Shown: positions 26,471 through 39,138 of the stretch, piece by piece
How positions within the stretch are numbered: position 1 is the first letter of the stretch
Layout: each line of letters starts with the position of its first letter
Origin: Malacoraja senta
Taxonomy: Eukaryota
NCBI GenBank assembly: GCA_038087875.1
Contig: JAXLNO010006153.1
Coordinates: 186,001 to 250,000 of the forward strand
Reading direction: 5' to 3'
DNA length: 64,000 nucleotides
Made by a program: the position numbers and the translations under genes
Notes under the pieces: generated by a model
What the model saw: only the letters and a program-made list of their open reading frames with translations
Database searches by the model: none
Told to the model about the DNA's origin: nothing

Positions 26471-27847
26471 TCAGTAGGCAACTCCTGTACACTTGGAATA
26501 TCTATGGTGGAGAACGAGTCTCAGAAAGAGGGGCGGGGGGGGGGGGGGGGCAAGAAGGAAGAGGTGAAAGGAGAGAGAAAAGGTGAGAGGAAAGAAGGAG
26601 GCATGGGCAGTACAGAGCAGAGCAAAAGAGAAAGCAGGGAATGAGCACTAAGAAGAGAGAGTTAGTTAAGAGATGGAATTAATCACGGTTTATTTTTATT
26701 GGTCAAAAGCTCAGGTGCTAAAGAAAATAATTTGCTCATCAGTACACATGTGCTGAGTTTGGTGTGTTGAAACAACAAGTTCAAAAGAGAGGATAATAAA
26801 TCATCTACTTAGGTGCTTAACAAAGACAATAGGTTTCCAAAAGGGTTCACTCCCTCAGTTGAAGCATGTTATAGATCCACAAATGTGAAAAAAAGTAGAA
26901 AATGGCATTAGTAACATTTTGCTAAATAATCGAACATGATACTGAATTCTTTTTTTTTTAATAGATGAAAGCAGTGTGGAATAACAGTTTTTACCGTCGC
27001 AAGAACAGGTTATGGGTTGCCTGGAGCATCAATAAATTGATCCTCTGCTTAAAAAAATGGGAGTGTTTTTGCAATCTTTGATTTTAGATAGTTGCTTACA
27101 ATTTCTCCTGCCTGGTTTGCAATTGCTTTAGGTTGGATTTTAGAAACTGGATTTACAAACAACCCAGTGATATAGAACTTCTGACGAGTTGAACTGCAAA
27201 GAAGCCCCAAAGCTGAATTAAAGAATTAGAACTGCAGCATGAAAGGATTGATGGTGAAGAGAGGGAAACAATGTTTGCAATTCTGACTGGACGCAAAGTG
27301 AAGGACATTGTTTTAGGAGGGCACATGCACTCCCACAACAAAGGAGTCAGGCAATCTGTAGTGCTTGAGGTTAAAACAAATCTGTTAATGGCTGAATAAA
27401 ATGTTGCTGTATATAATTTAAAATCAGCTCAGAATGAAAGGGCTGAAATGTTGCAAGTTATTAATACTTTTGGAACAGTTTTCCTTTCAATTCCATTCCA
27501 GTCCTACACCGGCGCTCAAATAAGAATGTTAATCCCTGCACGGTTTCTCTTCAATCAGCTTTTACAGTCCTGTCAAAATGTAATTGTGCACACAGATGAA
27601 TGACAATCCCTGGGAAATTTAACGTAATCTTATCAAAAGGTTGAGTAATTTCTGCATCTGTCTTACATGTTGCAAAATTTAAATACACAGGTCACTCCTA
27701 ATGTGCTTATGTTAATGGAGATCTGTGGCATCTACATCGTTGCAGGTTATAATAAAAAAATACTGCAGTTTGTTTCACATCCATTTTGGGATGGCAGGGG
27801 AGGATTTGGAAATGAATGTCAGCCTAAGCCTACAGTCAGTCACATAC

Positions 27848-28632
27848 CTGAGTCATCTTGGCAAGGTCAAGGGACGGCCTTTGTTCTTCCGGGCGCCGAC
27901 GCTTCATCCCAACTTTCTGATCGTTGTGGACACACGGCTGGGACCTGCAGCGGAGTAGGCGGCTGGCCTGCTGCGCGTGGTCTGAGACTGGGGCAGTTGC
28001 TGCATTAGTGGACGGCTTGCCGTGCTCCAGCACAGATATCTGCTCGTGAGATGCAGAAAGGGGCCGCAGCAGATCGACCCTGGATGCCACGCCCAAACTG
28101 GAATCGGGGTGCAAGTCATCTTCAAGCCTTCCACAAACGGGCGGGGTCCAGAAGCCCTGGCCCCGAGGGCACGCTGATCTGTTGCTGGTTGCCAAGGGTT
28201 CCCACGGAAAAGATAAGACGTTGGATCTTGAAGGCAGACTAAAACTGGAACTCCTCTGCATTGTAGACACCCCGTTCGAAAAATGTTGCACGCTGCTCCC
28301 ACTGTGGCAGCGTCGTTTATCTACTGGAGTCCACACCTTTGACCCACTAGGTTTCCAGGGTGATCGACAGCTGGAGAGCTCATCTGAAAATGAGAGCGAC
28401 CTGCACTGCCGCTTGCTGGGAGGTGCCGATGGGTTGCTGCTACCGTCACTGAGGCTGAGGTCTTTGATCAAACTGGTCACAGCAGACGTTGTACTTGCAT
28501 CACTTGGCCAGACTGCATTCTCCTGATACTCATCTGAGCCAGTCAAACAAGTCCAAGGTGGATCCAGATTACTGGTAGTTTGCTCAAGGTCAATTTGACA
28601 CTTCCTGTTGAGGTCTTTCCACCGATCACCCT
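27848..28632 (-). CDS. FAM53B: FAM53B large internal coding exon (785 nt)
   Basis: Reads (E)GDRWKDLNRKC...AVTSLIKDLSLSD...PSAPPSKRQCRSLSFSDE...GSKVWTPVDKRRCHSG...MQRSSSFSLPSR...RCRSQPCV...KRRRPEEQRPSLDLAKMTQ, which are FAM53 family motifs closest to FAM53B. aag|AG acceptor (phase 1) and CAG|gtatgt donor (phase 0). Covers most of ORF 27836..28546. Confidence 0.96.
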
Positions 28633-28890
28633 CTTTTTATTCCAAACAAACAAAACAAAAAGGTTTCATTAGACTGTACCCAAGATTCCACTGTATGGAT
28701 TAGTTCTTAAGGAAAGAAACATTATAAATGGATTGGTATATCATCATTTCAATCTACTGTCTAAATAAAAGTTATGGCCATCAAATTTCCCAACCAAATA
28801 GGGGATGTGGCTTGTGTGAGCACAGGTGATTAGAAGGATGGAAAGAAACACAGGTCTAAACAATGTAGCAGTCAAAATGTAATTAAAAAA

Positions 28891-29012
28891 AGGAACTGCA
28901 GATGCTAGTTTATACGAAAGTTAGACACAAAATGTTGGAGTAACTCAGCGGGTCAGGCAGAATCTCTGGAGAAAATGGATAGGTGACATTTCGGGCTGGG
29001 ATCTTCTTCAGA
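28891..29012 (-). mobile_element. Penelope-derived short unit (long-tail form)
   Basis: aggaactgcagatgct...ggagtaactcagcgggtcaggcag...ggtgacatttcggg...tcttcttcaga. Confidence 0.8.
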
Positions 29013-29504
29013 TGTTCTAGCAGCCTGTGTTTTAAAAGTCAATAATGTACATAACGAACATAACATCAATGTGCACATAATTACTTGAGATCGCACTATT
29101 GATGTACATTCAGGCACCACTAATAAATAGTGCAATTCAGTCTTACAAGGTGCCAGTCAATGGTAGATACAGGCACTGCATCCATGCTGAATATGAACTT
29201 TCAAACGTCCATGTTCACTTTGGTTTCATTTGCCCCCTCTTCTGAACTTGAAGGTTCATAGGTCTCCTCATCAGCCCATTCCCTTTGATATCCTATCTGA
29301 CATCCTGTGGACCCCTGTCCTATCTCCCGCACTCTGATCTAATCCTGATATGATCCTTTGTCCTTGCTCCCTCCCCTTCAATTTCCTCTTATTGTCCAAT
29401 CACCCGCTCGCTCCCCCCAACCATTCCCCGCCCCCACCCTGCATCTAATCCTCACTCTTCACTTCCTTCACTCTCGTTGTCCGTCTTGCATAGGAGCCAA
29501 TATT

Positions 29505-29855
29505 CTTGCTTCTGAGTCAGACACTTCAGCACAAAAGTCCAGGCTGGTGCTTCAGGAGGCTGCATTGCCAAAGGTGCCGGCTTTCATATAAAATGCTAAC
29601 CTGAGCATCCCAGATGGCCATGATCCTATGGCACTACATTAAAGAAGAACAAGGGCGTGATCACCGTTTGACCAATTATCTCTCGTGTCCTGACGGATAT
29701 TTATCCCTCAACAAACATCACTAAAAACAGAGTTTCTGTTCATTACCGCTCGGATGTTTGTTGAGTTTGCTCCGCAAAAATGACTACCATATTTCCAAAC
29801 CGTAACAGTGACTGCATCTCAAGTTTTTCACTGGTTGTGAAGTGCTTCCGGATAC
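29505..29855 (+). mobile_element. Deu-domain SINE (SacSINE1/AmnSINE1-like)
   Basis: aggtgccggctttc...gatcctatggcact...aagaagaacaaggg...gtgtcctgacggatatttatccctcaac resembles the Deu core as recalled. Homologous to 60555-60870. Confidence 0.6.
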
Positions 29856-32761
29856 ACCAAAAGAGACACAAAATCTGATACTTTACAAATTGTTCTTCAC
29901 TATCTGTCCACAAACTGTATCCAATAGTCTGGCCACTTCCTACTCCACTCCTTGACTTTGATCATCTAGCCCCTCTCCATCTCTCTGCCCCATCACCATG
30001 GTACTGTTTAATTGAATGACCTCGAAAAGGATCCGGTTAGCCACATATCTCTCACAACTGATGGGTCAAGCATGGGACACCCACAATTTTAGTTCATTCT
30101 TGGAACCGTCAGTGATATAGTGATGAATGGGACTAGTTGGGAGCTTCTCCCAATCTTTATCCAAAACAAATAAGCTCAGCTTGATTTTGCTGAAATTGGG
30201 TACAAGGGCTATTTCTCAAAAAGTTTTTTTAAAACCCAATATTCATTGTTTTCCCCTCACCACAAAATCTCAATGATACCAGTTCCACTACAAACCAAAC
30301 TGTGCCAACAAATATATTGTTCTTTAAAATAAGATTTTCTTATTGATTTGGCAGTGTGATTTTAGACATTTATTTACTTAAAGCAAAATAATCATTGATA
30401 TTTAAGAGCTAATTGTGATGTGAGATGTCAGTATCCTGCAAAAGTTCCATGACATATTCTGCAAATTTCCATACACTGCCCATTTTGAACTTTACTGTTT
30501 TACCTAAAAAGTCCCAACATGCCTGAGCAATGTATGGCTCGTCAGTGGGACGCCTTACTGCCAAGTGCCTCAACTCAATTTATGAATTTGGGCAGGTTGT
30601 ACAGGGTAACACAATAAAATGACAGGAACTCTCCTTTGCTGGAGGTGCTGGTGTCATTAAACAAAGGCCTCTTTGATTCCTGCAGGTGGAAACTAAAGAG
30701 CACATGGGCCATTCGAATGGTATCCTCGTCTAATGTTGCTTTAAAAAAAATGCTCCCATAACACTGACTGCACTGACGTAGCTGTAAATGGCCTTAGGCT
30801 CACATGAGGACATAGAAGGTGCTTCTCCCATTTCAATGACAAATATCAGAATGAGAACTGTGCCCACAGGATCGGTACTGCAGAAATCTGCATTATGCTG
30901 AAAGACTGGAGCAATTTGAGTTTCTTATCCTTCAAAGAAAACTGTTGTGAGGTGATTTTAAAGCTATTCAATACAGTAATAATACAGAAAAAAGCATCAT
31001 AAATCAATCATTCATGACTCTGGGTTAAATAATTCCTATTGAAAAAATGAGAGGCGTACCATTGTAGGGAAGTGTGTTGACCTATTCTATTCCTGTGGTA
31101 ACAAAAGTAGTAAATGCTCTCCATTAAATCTTATGATTACAGATAAGGAAAATCATTCAGCCCGTCTTTCTCATTTGCAGTTTTCAAATAAGCTTTATTG
31201 GATTCAAGGGTCTTAATTTGGTTATGGGGTGCGGAAGACTAATCTATGCATGCTGCAACATATTCAATTTAGTAAATGGTACACGTGGATAAATATCATT
31301 CAGCACTTTGTCGAACGCTGGCTCTTGCCGACACTAACCATCAAGCGAACGAGGGTGGTTCCAATCAAATGCCAAATTTAGTGCACAACTAAAATTACAT
31401 GCAAGATAAATGTTGTGACTGACCTGGCCCAACCTGTTCTACCTGAGCAGGTTTGGTTAAATTTGGAACTGTTGAATCATCAATACATGAACAAAATTTC
31501 CCGATAAAATATACAGAACATAAACTCTGGAATATATCAAAGAAGAGGTTTGGTTGCTGCAATTGACAATTCAGAACTTTCCCAGATGGATGTATAAAGA
31601 TGGGTTGAAAGGACTCGCTTATCCATAATTACCGTGAGCTTTTATGAGCTGATTATTGTTCTTGTTATCATGGAAATATAACAAGTTAGCCCTGCTGGCA
31701 TCAGTGTAATCACCTGCAAGGCTCTGCTTCTTATTCATCCAAATAGGAATTAAATTGTTTAACACAGTTTCATAAATGATTGATGTGACACAATGATTAC
31801 TTCCATCAGTGTGTAGGCTATTCATCATAAACTATTTTAAGCCAAAGGCATGTTCAACCCACCAGAATATATTTATATCACAGTGATTCATTATTTTGTT
31901 AACACAGTCAGCTATAGCCTTAAAACATTATAAATAATGAATGTTTAATTTAAATAAAGACTTTTATGTAGATCCAAGAGACCTTTTCACTGCCCTCCAT
32001 CATACTAATTCAAAAAGCCTGCAAACAGATTAAAATGATCAACTCAGAAAACTCTCTCTCAACCCTGAACATGATTCAATTTAGGAGACGAACAGAATTA
32101 TTTTAGAGACCCAGAACATCTTCACAATCCAGATCCTTGAATGGCAACAAAACAAGTTGATTCTTGGTAAAAACTAAATACAACATATATAGTTCCACTC
32201 AAATAAATCAACTTGATACTGTATTAACCAGGGAAACAGTGACAGCATTTTTCACTAGCTCGGTCATTTGAAAACCATTAATAAGTTGATGATCGAGCTA
32301 GCACAGTGCATGGTCTTTTCATGCCACAGCATGTCTTAAGCTTGTAACTCATTCATGATGAGGCAAACTGATGGGTCCTGGTTAAGTTAGAAGAAAGAGT
32401 ACTCCGTGAAAGCCAAGAGGAATTCCAAGCCCTGGAATCATTCTGATCCACTCATTCTGGGATATTAAAATAGTTTGCATTTTAAAGACGGGCTGCAAAT
32501 GCAAATGGAAGCGATCGTGAAGCAAATGATTTGCCTGCCAAGTAAATCAGGGAATATTTCATGAGGAATTATTGAAGTGACAAGGAGGGATGTGAATAAT
32601 GCACAGGGACATAATGGGGAGACACACCTGCCAATCAATCAAACATACACCACGCAGTCCGAAAAAAATCCAGATAACAAACTACAAAACGTGAAATCAA
32701 TATGCGAACACTTGACATTCTGAACTTAAAAGGACTGATTTACCTTTACATTTAAATGAAC

Positions 32762-32811
32762 GATGCCAATATTCCCATTGATATTGAATATTGATGCCAA
32801 TATTCCCATTG
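32762..32811. repeat. 19-bp direct repeat with a 12-bp spacer
   Basis: GATGCCAATATTCCCATTG at 32762-32780 and 32793-32811. Confidence 0.85.
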
Positions 32812-33220
32812 TTTCCTATTTCTTGGAGTTTTAATGCTTTGTATTGTTGTCAGTAGGGATAGTGGGAGGCAGTGATGTATATTTTAATGAATTAGTACCA
32901 GGATCCATCAAGTTATTCTGCAGTGGCAAATTATAGCTTTGCAATGAAATAAAGATGATTTTGCTCCATTTGCATTGTGTTCAGCATTGGTATTCTGTAT
33001 GCAACACACTATCAACGGCACCATGTATGCAGTTGTGGAATTGAACTTTAGAATCAGCACACAGTACACAGCAACTACATGGTTCAAACTTATTGGCAGT
33101 AACCCAAGATGGATTGCAACCCATTTGCTTTCCTTCTCAAAAAATGAATTCCCTACTATAACAATTATATATTTTACAATTACAGAAGGGGTTTTATAAA
33201 ATATATTAAATTAGTTCAGT

Positions 33221-33314
33221 AGGTAGACACAAACTGCTGGGGTAACTCAGCAGGACAGGCAGCATCTTTGGAGAGAAGCAATGGGTGACCTTTCGGGTGA
33301 AGACCCTTCTTCAG
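33221..33314 (-). mobile_element. Penelope-derived short unit
   Basis: Core at 33287-33314. TSD AGTTCAGTAG at 33213-33222 and 33315-33324. Confidence 0.85.
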
Positions 33315-33969
33315 AGTTCAGTAGATACACAACATGAAGGATGATAACAGGCAGCCGACTATAGGGCAACTCCCTCTTAACTGCATCAGTGTCACTATAA
33401 GGATAAAGAACATGGCTTGATAACTTCTCTCGCCATTTTGCAGAATCATGCTGCACAAATACGAAAGTGCCACTGTGGAAGTAAACTGAATATCCCTCCA
33501 TTGTCAATGAGTTCCCCTTCCTTCGCTTCTGAAACTAGGCTGACATCTGGTCCTTGGTTTCGTTGTCATTCAAGTGTTCTGAAGTGGGAAACTGTTTGCA
33601 ACAGGAAGTGCAACACAACCAAGCACAGCGCTCAACTCACCCAACAGTAACACAGGCAGATTTCGAGTCAAGGTCAGTAGATAGTAAACCAGAACAGGAA
33701 AGTCTGGATCATTTATTTCCTCCCAACTCTGGCTCTGAGGAAAATTGTGGGAACCCTGGTGCTCCTCAGGATATCAGTCAACTGAACACAGACTGGGGAT
33801 TGTCTGGGTCTTAGCTACTCACTAAAAAGCACATGGGCAAAGCATTCACTAAGAGCACTCACAAACAGAGGATGTGGGCCAGCCTAACAGATGCTCACAA
33901 CTCATTTCATAATTTGTCACTGCAATAAATGGATGATATCTATTCGTCTATTTTGTAAATATTCACTTT

Positions 33970-35490
33970 CAGCATCTGGATGTCTCTAGCAAGGTCAGGA
34001 TTTATTGCCCAATCCAAAATACCTTCAAAAAAGGTATTGCCGCCTCGATACACTACAACTCTTCCTCCGTAGATACCCCCGCAGTGTAGTCGGGCAGAGA
34101 GTTCCAGGATTTCAACCAAGTGATTATGAAGGAACAGTGATACATTTCTAAGTCACTCATATATTATCATGGAAACTTGCCTTTTGGCCCAACTTGCCCA
34201 TGCTGACCAAGATACCCTATCTACGCTAGTCAGAACGATGTGTGGTTTAAACATGCATGATTGCGTTCCTAAACATCTACTGCCATTTTCTTTCTTTGCG
34301 GATTTGGAAAATACTGTGGGAGTTGACCATGGCAAGGAACCGCAGCACATCTCAAAGATGGCACACAATATAGCCAATACAGGTTCCAAGCATGTGCCTT
34401 GTGGATCATCATCAGCCAGCTCAATACAGCCATTGTGTACCAATGGTGGAAAAAAATGAATGCTTGGTATGGCTGATGGGGTGTCATTAAGTGGGCTACA
34501 TTGTCCAACACGACATTGAGCCTTTTGTGAGTTGATGAGTTACTCAAACAATGTGAGTGGAGAATATTCCATTATGCTCCAGGCATGTGCCTTGTGGATC
34601 ATCATTAGCCAGCTCGTTGTTTCAAGATTGTCCAGAGCTGAGTGTCCAAACTCAAATTGGTCACCGGTGAGTAGGTTATTGGTGAGTAACTGGGGCTTTA
34701 GAACTTTGGTGTTGATGATAGCTTCCATCACCTTGCTGATGATTGAGAGTAGACTGACTGGATGGAAACTGTATGGCCAGTGTTGTAATTATATTGAAAC
34801 TGCTTGGCTGAAGGTGCAGCAAGTTCTGGAGTGCATGTCTTCAGTACTAGATCTAAGATATTGCCTGGTCATAAAACCTTTGCTGTATTCAGGGCTCTCA
34901 GTCATTTCTTGTTATCACGATGAGCGAATCCAAGTGGTTGAACACCGACTGTTGTGATAGTGGGAATCTCAGGAGGATACTTGAATGGATCTTCCATTCA
35001 GCACCCGACTGAATATGATTGTGAATGCTTTGGCCTTTTCTTTAGCACTCACATGCTGCCGCTCCTACCACTGATAAAGGGGGTGATCTTGAACCCTTCT
35101 CCTCCTGTTTGCTGTTCAATTGCTCACCACCATTCATGACTAGAAGTGGCAGGTCAACAGAGCCTCTATCTGATGCGTTGGTTGTAAGATCACTTATTGC
35201 ATGCTGGTTTTGTTGTTTACTCTGCACATGGTTCTGTATTGCAGGTTCCACATAAACGTTTGGTACACCTGATGTTGCTTCCAGCATGCACTCTTCAGTG
35301 AACTAGGGTTGACACATTGTCTTGACACTAAATGGTGGAGTGTGGGAAAGTACCAGGCCAATGTGTACTTCTGTTGATGGTCCACAGTGCTTCCTGGATG
35401 CCTGCTTTTGTGATGCCAAATCTGTTCTGACTCCAACATTTGTAGTGCCACAAACGTAATGGAGAGTCCCCTAGCTGCAAGGGTGGACCT
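33970..35490 (-). mobile_element. Old degraded LINE (CR1/L2 group) fragments
   Basis: MMEAIINTKVLKPQLLTNNLLTGDQFEF resembles the RT segment E..I...I..HL..N.LL...QFGF. Confidence 0.55.
34385..34615. repeat. 38-bp direct repeat, copies 193 bp apart
   Basis: TCCA(A/G)GCATGTGCCTTGTGGATCATCAT(C/T)AGCCAGCTC at 34385-34422 and 34578-34615. Confidence 0.85.
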
Positions 35491-35560
35491 TTGTCATCCC
35501 AAAGAGTGCAGAGCCTGTATCTTTGTAAACATAAGAAATTGCCAATGCTTAATAAAAAAA

Positions 35561-35676
35561 GTGTTGGAGTAACTCAGTGGGTCAGGCTGCATCTCTGGGG
35601 GACACGCATAGGTGACGTTTCACGTCGGGACTATTCATCGGACGGATTGTAGTAGAGGGAAGAAAGCTGCAGGAGA
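35561..35676 (-). mobile_element. Diverged Penelope-derived unit
   Basis: ggagtaactcagtgggtcaggctgcatctctgg...ggtgacgtttc. Confidence 0.65.
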
Positions 35677-37010
35677 GCTTTGTATTTTTGTAACTTTTAT
35701 TCATCTGCTCCTTGGACTGTGTTCAACCTTTCAATAATTATTATACGTGCAAGCTGATAGCTTGCTGTGCAGACATGGAGTAAAAACAGATAGTTCTAAG
35801 ATTGTAAGCACATTGCAAAGGAGCTGTTACAGCTTGAGTTACAGGTTCAAATTATTTATCTTATCCAAGCAAGTCCACTGCTTTCTTTTAAAATAAAGCC
35901 AAATAGAAAAAGCAATAAAAGAATATTATAATTGCCAAAATTATAATTCGTTTTGCAGGCCTGCTGAGTTGCAAAGGTAATGGTTAATGTGCAAAGTCGT
36001 ATACTGCAGCGATCACCGAGGACAGGCTGGAAATAACTTGGCTGATATTAGCAAATAAACAGATTAAACATTGATCTACTGATCTCAGCTGCAGAAATTA
36101 CTAAGTCCCAACTGTGACATCCCTTACATTGGAATTTTGAGTCAAATCAATTTTTTTAAAGCACACTGATTTGGCTGTATAAAGTTTGCCAAAATAAACC
36201 CATTTAAAGTCCACATTTCCTTTAGCTTTGGAAACCCCAAATTCCAAAGAAAGGTGGGGGGTGGTAGTAAAATATAATATTGACAACCCTCACCTCATGT
36301 TGAAGGTGTGGAAAATGTTCAACTGGGAATACGGTCTGAAGGCAGGGCCAGCAGCTGTGTGTTTTGAGCCTCCTCTAATTGCACACACACAATCAAATTG
36401 CTTTCTATGCAACATCTTTTGGGAGTGACTCCTGATGGACGTGTATGAAAATGTCCTTCCCCGCCCCCACAAAACTACACAAGCATTGAGTACAATGACT
36501 CTCCTCTTGTTTTAAATAAAGAAAACAACTTCAATGCTGCTGGGGGAAACAAATATGAACAGCAGCTCCAGGCAGGTGTCACAAGAGACATCTTATTTGC
36601 AATTGCGTCAGAAGTGGGAAACGGCAACTAATTACAAGCGATCAGCTTCATTGGTTCATGATGACAATGAATCAAACTTGCCTGGGATGTTAACCACACT
36701 ATACCCACTGCCATTATCCACCACTGCGCACCAGTCCAAACACTCTGCTATCAACATCCACGCAGCCCACAACTGGAGGCTGGCAGGCAGGAGTTACGGC
36801 AGCCATATTTATATTATTAACATTGTCCTCAGTCCTAAAATGGAGATGTAGTCATGGCGTAGGCAGAAGACCTGCCCCAGCAAAGCTGTAGATCCAGAAG
36901 AAAAATCTGCCAACTGGTAGTGTTTACCATGGCCAACACTCTCACACCTCATGCCCCAAGCTCAGCATTAACAAGTAGTGTCAAAAGCTCGCAAACAATA
37001 CTCTAAACCT

Positions 37011-37760
37011 CCAACGTGACCCCACCACTCGCCACATCTTCCCATCTCCCCCCATGTCTGCCTTCCGCAAAGACCGCTTCCTCCGTAACTCCCTTGTCAA
37101 TTCTTCCCTTCCCTCCCATACCACCCCCTCCCCTGGTACTTTCCCTTGCAAACGCAAGAGATGCAACACTTGTCCCTTCACCTCCCCCCTCCACTCCATT
37201 CAAGGACCCAAGCAGTCGTTCCAGGTGCAACAGAGGTTCACCTGCATCTCCTCCAACCTCATCTATTGCATTCGCTGCTCTAGATGCCAGCTGATCTACA
37301 TCGGTGAGACCAAGCGGAGGCTTGGCGATCGTTTCGCCGAACACCTCCGGTCGGTCCGCAATAACCAACCTGAACTCCCGGTGGCTCAGCACTTCAACTC
37401 CCCCTCCCATTCCGTATCTGACCTCTCTGTCCTGGGTCTCCTCCATGGCCACAGCGAGCAACACCGTAAATTGGAGGAAATGCACCTCATATTCCGCTTG
37501 GGCAGTCTACATCCTGGGGGTTTGAACATTGAATTCTCCCAATTCTGCTAGCCCTTGCTGTCCCCTCCCCTTCATCAGCCATCTGGTTGTCTCCTCCCCT
37601 CCCCCAGCCCTCGGGCTCCTCCTCCGCCTTTTTCCTTTTTTCCTTTCTTCTCCCCACCCCCTATCAGTCTGAAGAAGGGTTTCGGCCCGAAACGTTACCT
37701 ATTTCCTTCGCTCCATAGATGCTGCTGCACCTGCTGAGTTTCTCCAGCATTTTTATGTAC
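37011..37760 (+). mobile_element. 5'-truncated Penelope-like retroelement (GIY-YIG endonuclease end, 3' repeat with hammerhead core)
   Basis: ORF 37054..37551 has CKRKRCNTC, LIYCIRCSRCQLIYIGETKRRLGDRFAEH, VAQHFN and GGLN (PLE GIY-YIG, Cys-rich Neptune-like). 10-bp TSD CTCTAAACCT at 37001-37010 and 37761-37770. Confidence 0.92.
37669..37696 (+). ncRNA. Minimal hammerhead ribozyme core, UUCG-loop variant
   Basis: CTGAAGA-A-GGGT TTCG GCCC-GAAAC-GTT. Helix II is kept by a U-G pair. Lies downstream of the GIY-YIG ORF. Confidence 0.6.
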
Positions 37761-39110
37761 CTCTAAACCTATAATATGGCTTTCAGTTCCACTCAGACTG
37801 ATTCACAAGACCCTGTGGTCCTCCCATTGTTGAAGTTAGTCCATGATGGGTCAGTACATACATTGTTGATCCATGATAGTTGTGGCAGAGAAAAATCTGT
37901 TAGGAGTGACCTTGATGCCTCAGCATGGAATGCAAGCAAGGATTGGGATGGGGAGTCAATGTTCTGCTGAAAAAAAGTGCAAGATTAAATAAAGGGACAA
38001 TTTTAGGACAGGCAGGGGTGAGCAGGTGATGTACTTCAATTGTCATACGAGGGGATTGATGGAAATTATTGGGATTTAAGATGATTATATCTGCAGCACA
38101 TGGCTGCAGCCAGAGAAACATTGGCTCAGAGTTGATGTCCAAAATTCAAACACTGCATTGCATCAGAGAAGGGGAAAGTTATCTGGTAGCTTCATTCCAG
38201 GAGGCAGTCACAACCTTTAGGTTGAATACCGGAGAACTGGTCAATCAAGAAGGATAACATGGTGTGGCAACGTGAGGCAGGTATTGGGATGAGAAAGTAA
38301 CAATGGTCAGTGCTTCAACTTGTCCGATACATACAAAGTTCTTGCAACCTGTGTGGACAAGAGTACTCTGGTTTGGGAGCCATTCGAGATAGGGGAATGA
38401 AAGGGAGGACCTTAAGGTTAGATGGAGAAATAGGCAGATGTGAGTATGAATCTCAAAGGTGTTACTAGCTGCGAGGTGCCAGGAGTAAGGGTATCTCCTC
38501 AGAGCTGGAGAGGAACTTGGAGCGGGAAGGGAAAGACAAATTATTGTGATCCTTGCGGAACTAATGTGCTGGGAGAGTACAACAAAGGCTCTGCTGAAGG
38601 AGAATAAGCAGTTAAGAGTCCAAATCAACAAAGGTAATAACCTTTGGATTGCCACACAATTGAGCCTCGTATAAATTGGCAACGGGTAAATGAGATTAGA
38701 GAATTGAATGTGAGACTCAATAGATTGGAGTGGGAGAAGTGTGTTTCATTTCACGGGACACTGGCACTTATACTGGGAAAATGGTTCCATTGGATCGAGT
38801 TTCAATTTAATCAGGCAAGAGCTAGTGCCTCAGCTAATCGAATAACTATGTGTATGATATGAACTAATAACAATAATATGATTTTAAACAAATTCCTAGG
38901 GAGGGGAGGTAGGGAATGGTCTGGTATGGGAAATTTATGAAGTTAAAGAGAAAGGACAAAGCCATTGAGCAAGGTAGTGCCGATAACTGGAGTGTACCAG
39001 GGCAAAATGTGTAGGAAAGAACTGCAGATTCTGGTTTAAATCAAAGGTAGACACAAAATGCTGGAGTAGCTCAGCAGGACAGGCAGCATCTCTGGGGAGA
39101 AGGAATGAGT

Positions 39111-39138
39111 GACGTTTCGGGTCGAGACCCTTCTTCAG
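39111..39138 (-). ncRNA. Minimal hammerhead ribozyme core in short unit 39008-39139, sense to FAM53B pre-mRNA
   Basis: Reverse complement reads CTGAAGAAGGGTCTCGACCCGAAACGTC. Confidence 0.6.

Noticed and set aside
1-27847. FAM53B terminal coding exon (expected to end in a LDIEQIExN-like motif)
   Set aside because: No such sequence found. It probably lies beyond position 1.
27836-27847. Read-through stop giving a ...MTQVCD* isoform
   Set aside because: A strong CAG|gtatgt donor explains the ORF end. No transcript evidence is available.
28182-28526. 114-aa plus-strand ORF and other ORFs overlapping the FAM53B exon
   Set aside because: Antisense or alternate-frame shadows of a GC-rich coding exon. 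No motif or splice support.
37003-37485. 160-aa minus-strand ORF (also 39306..39758)
   Set aside because: Antisense to the Penelope GIY-YIG ORF. No independent evidence.
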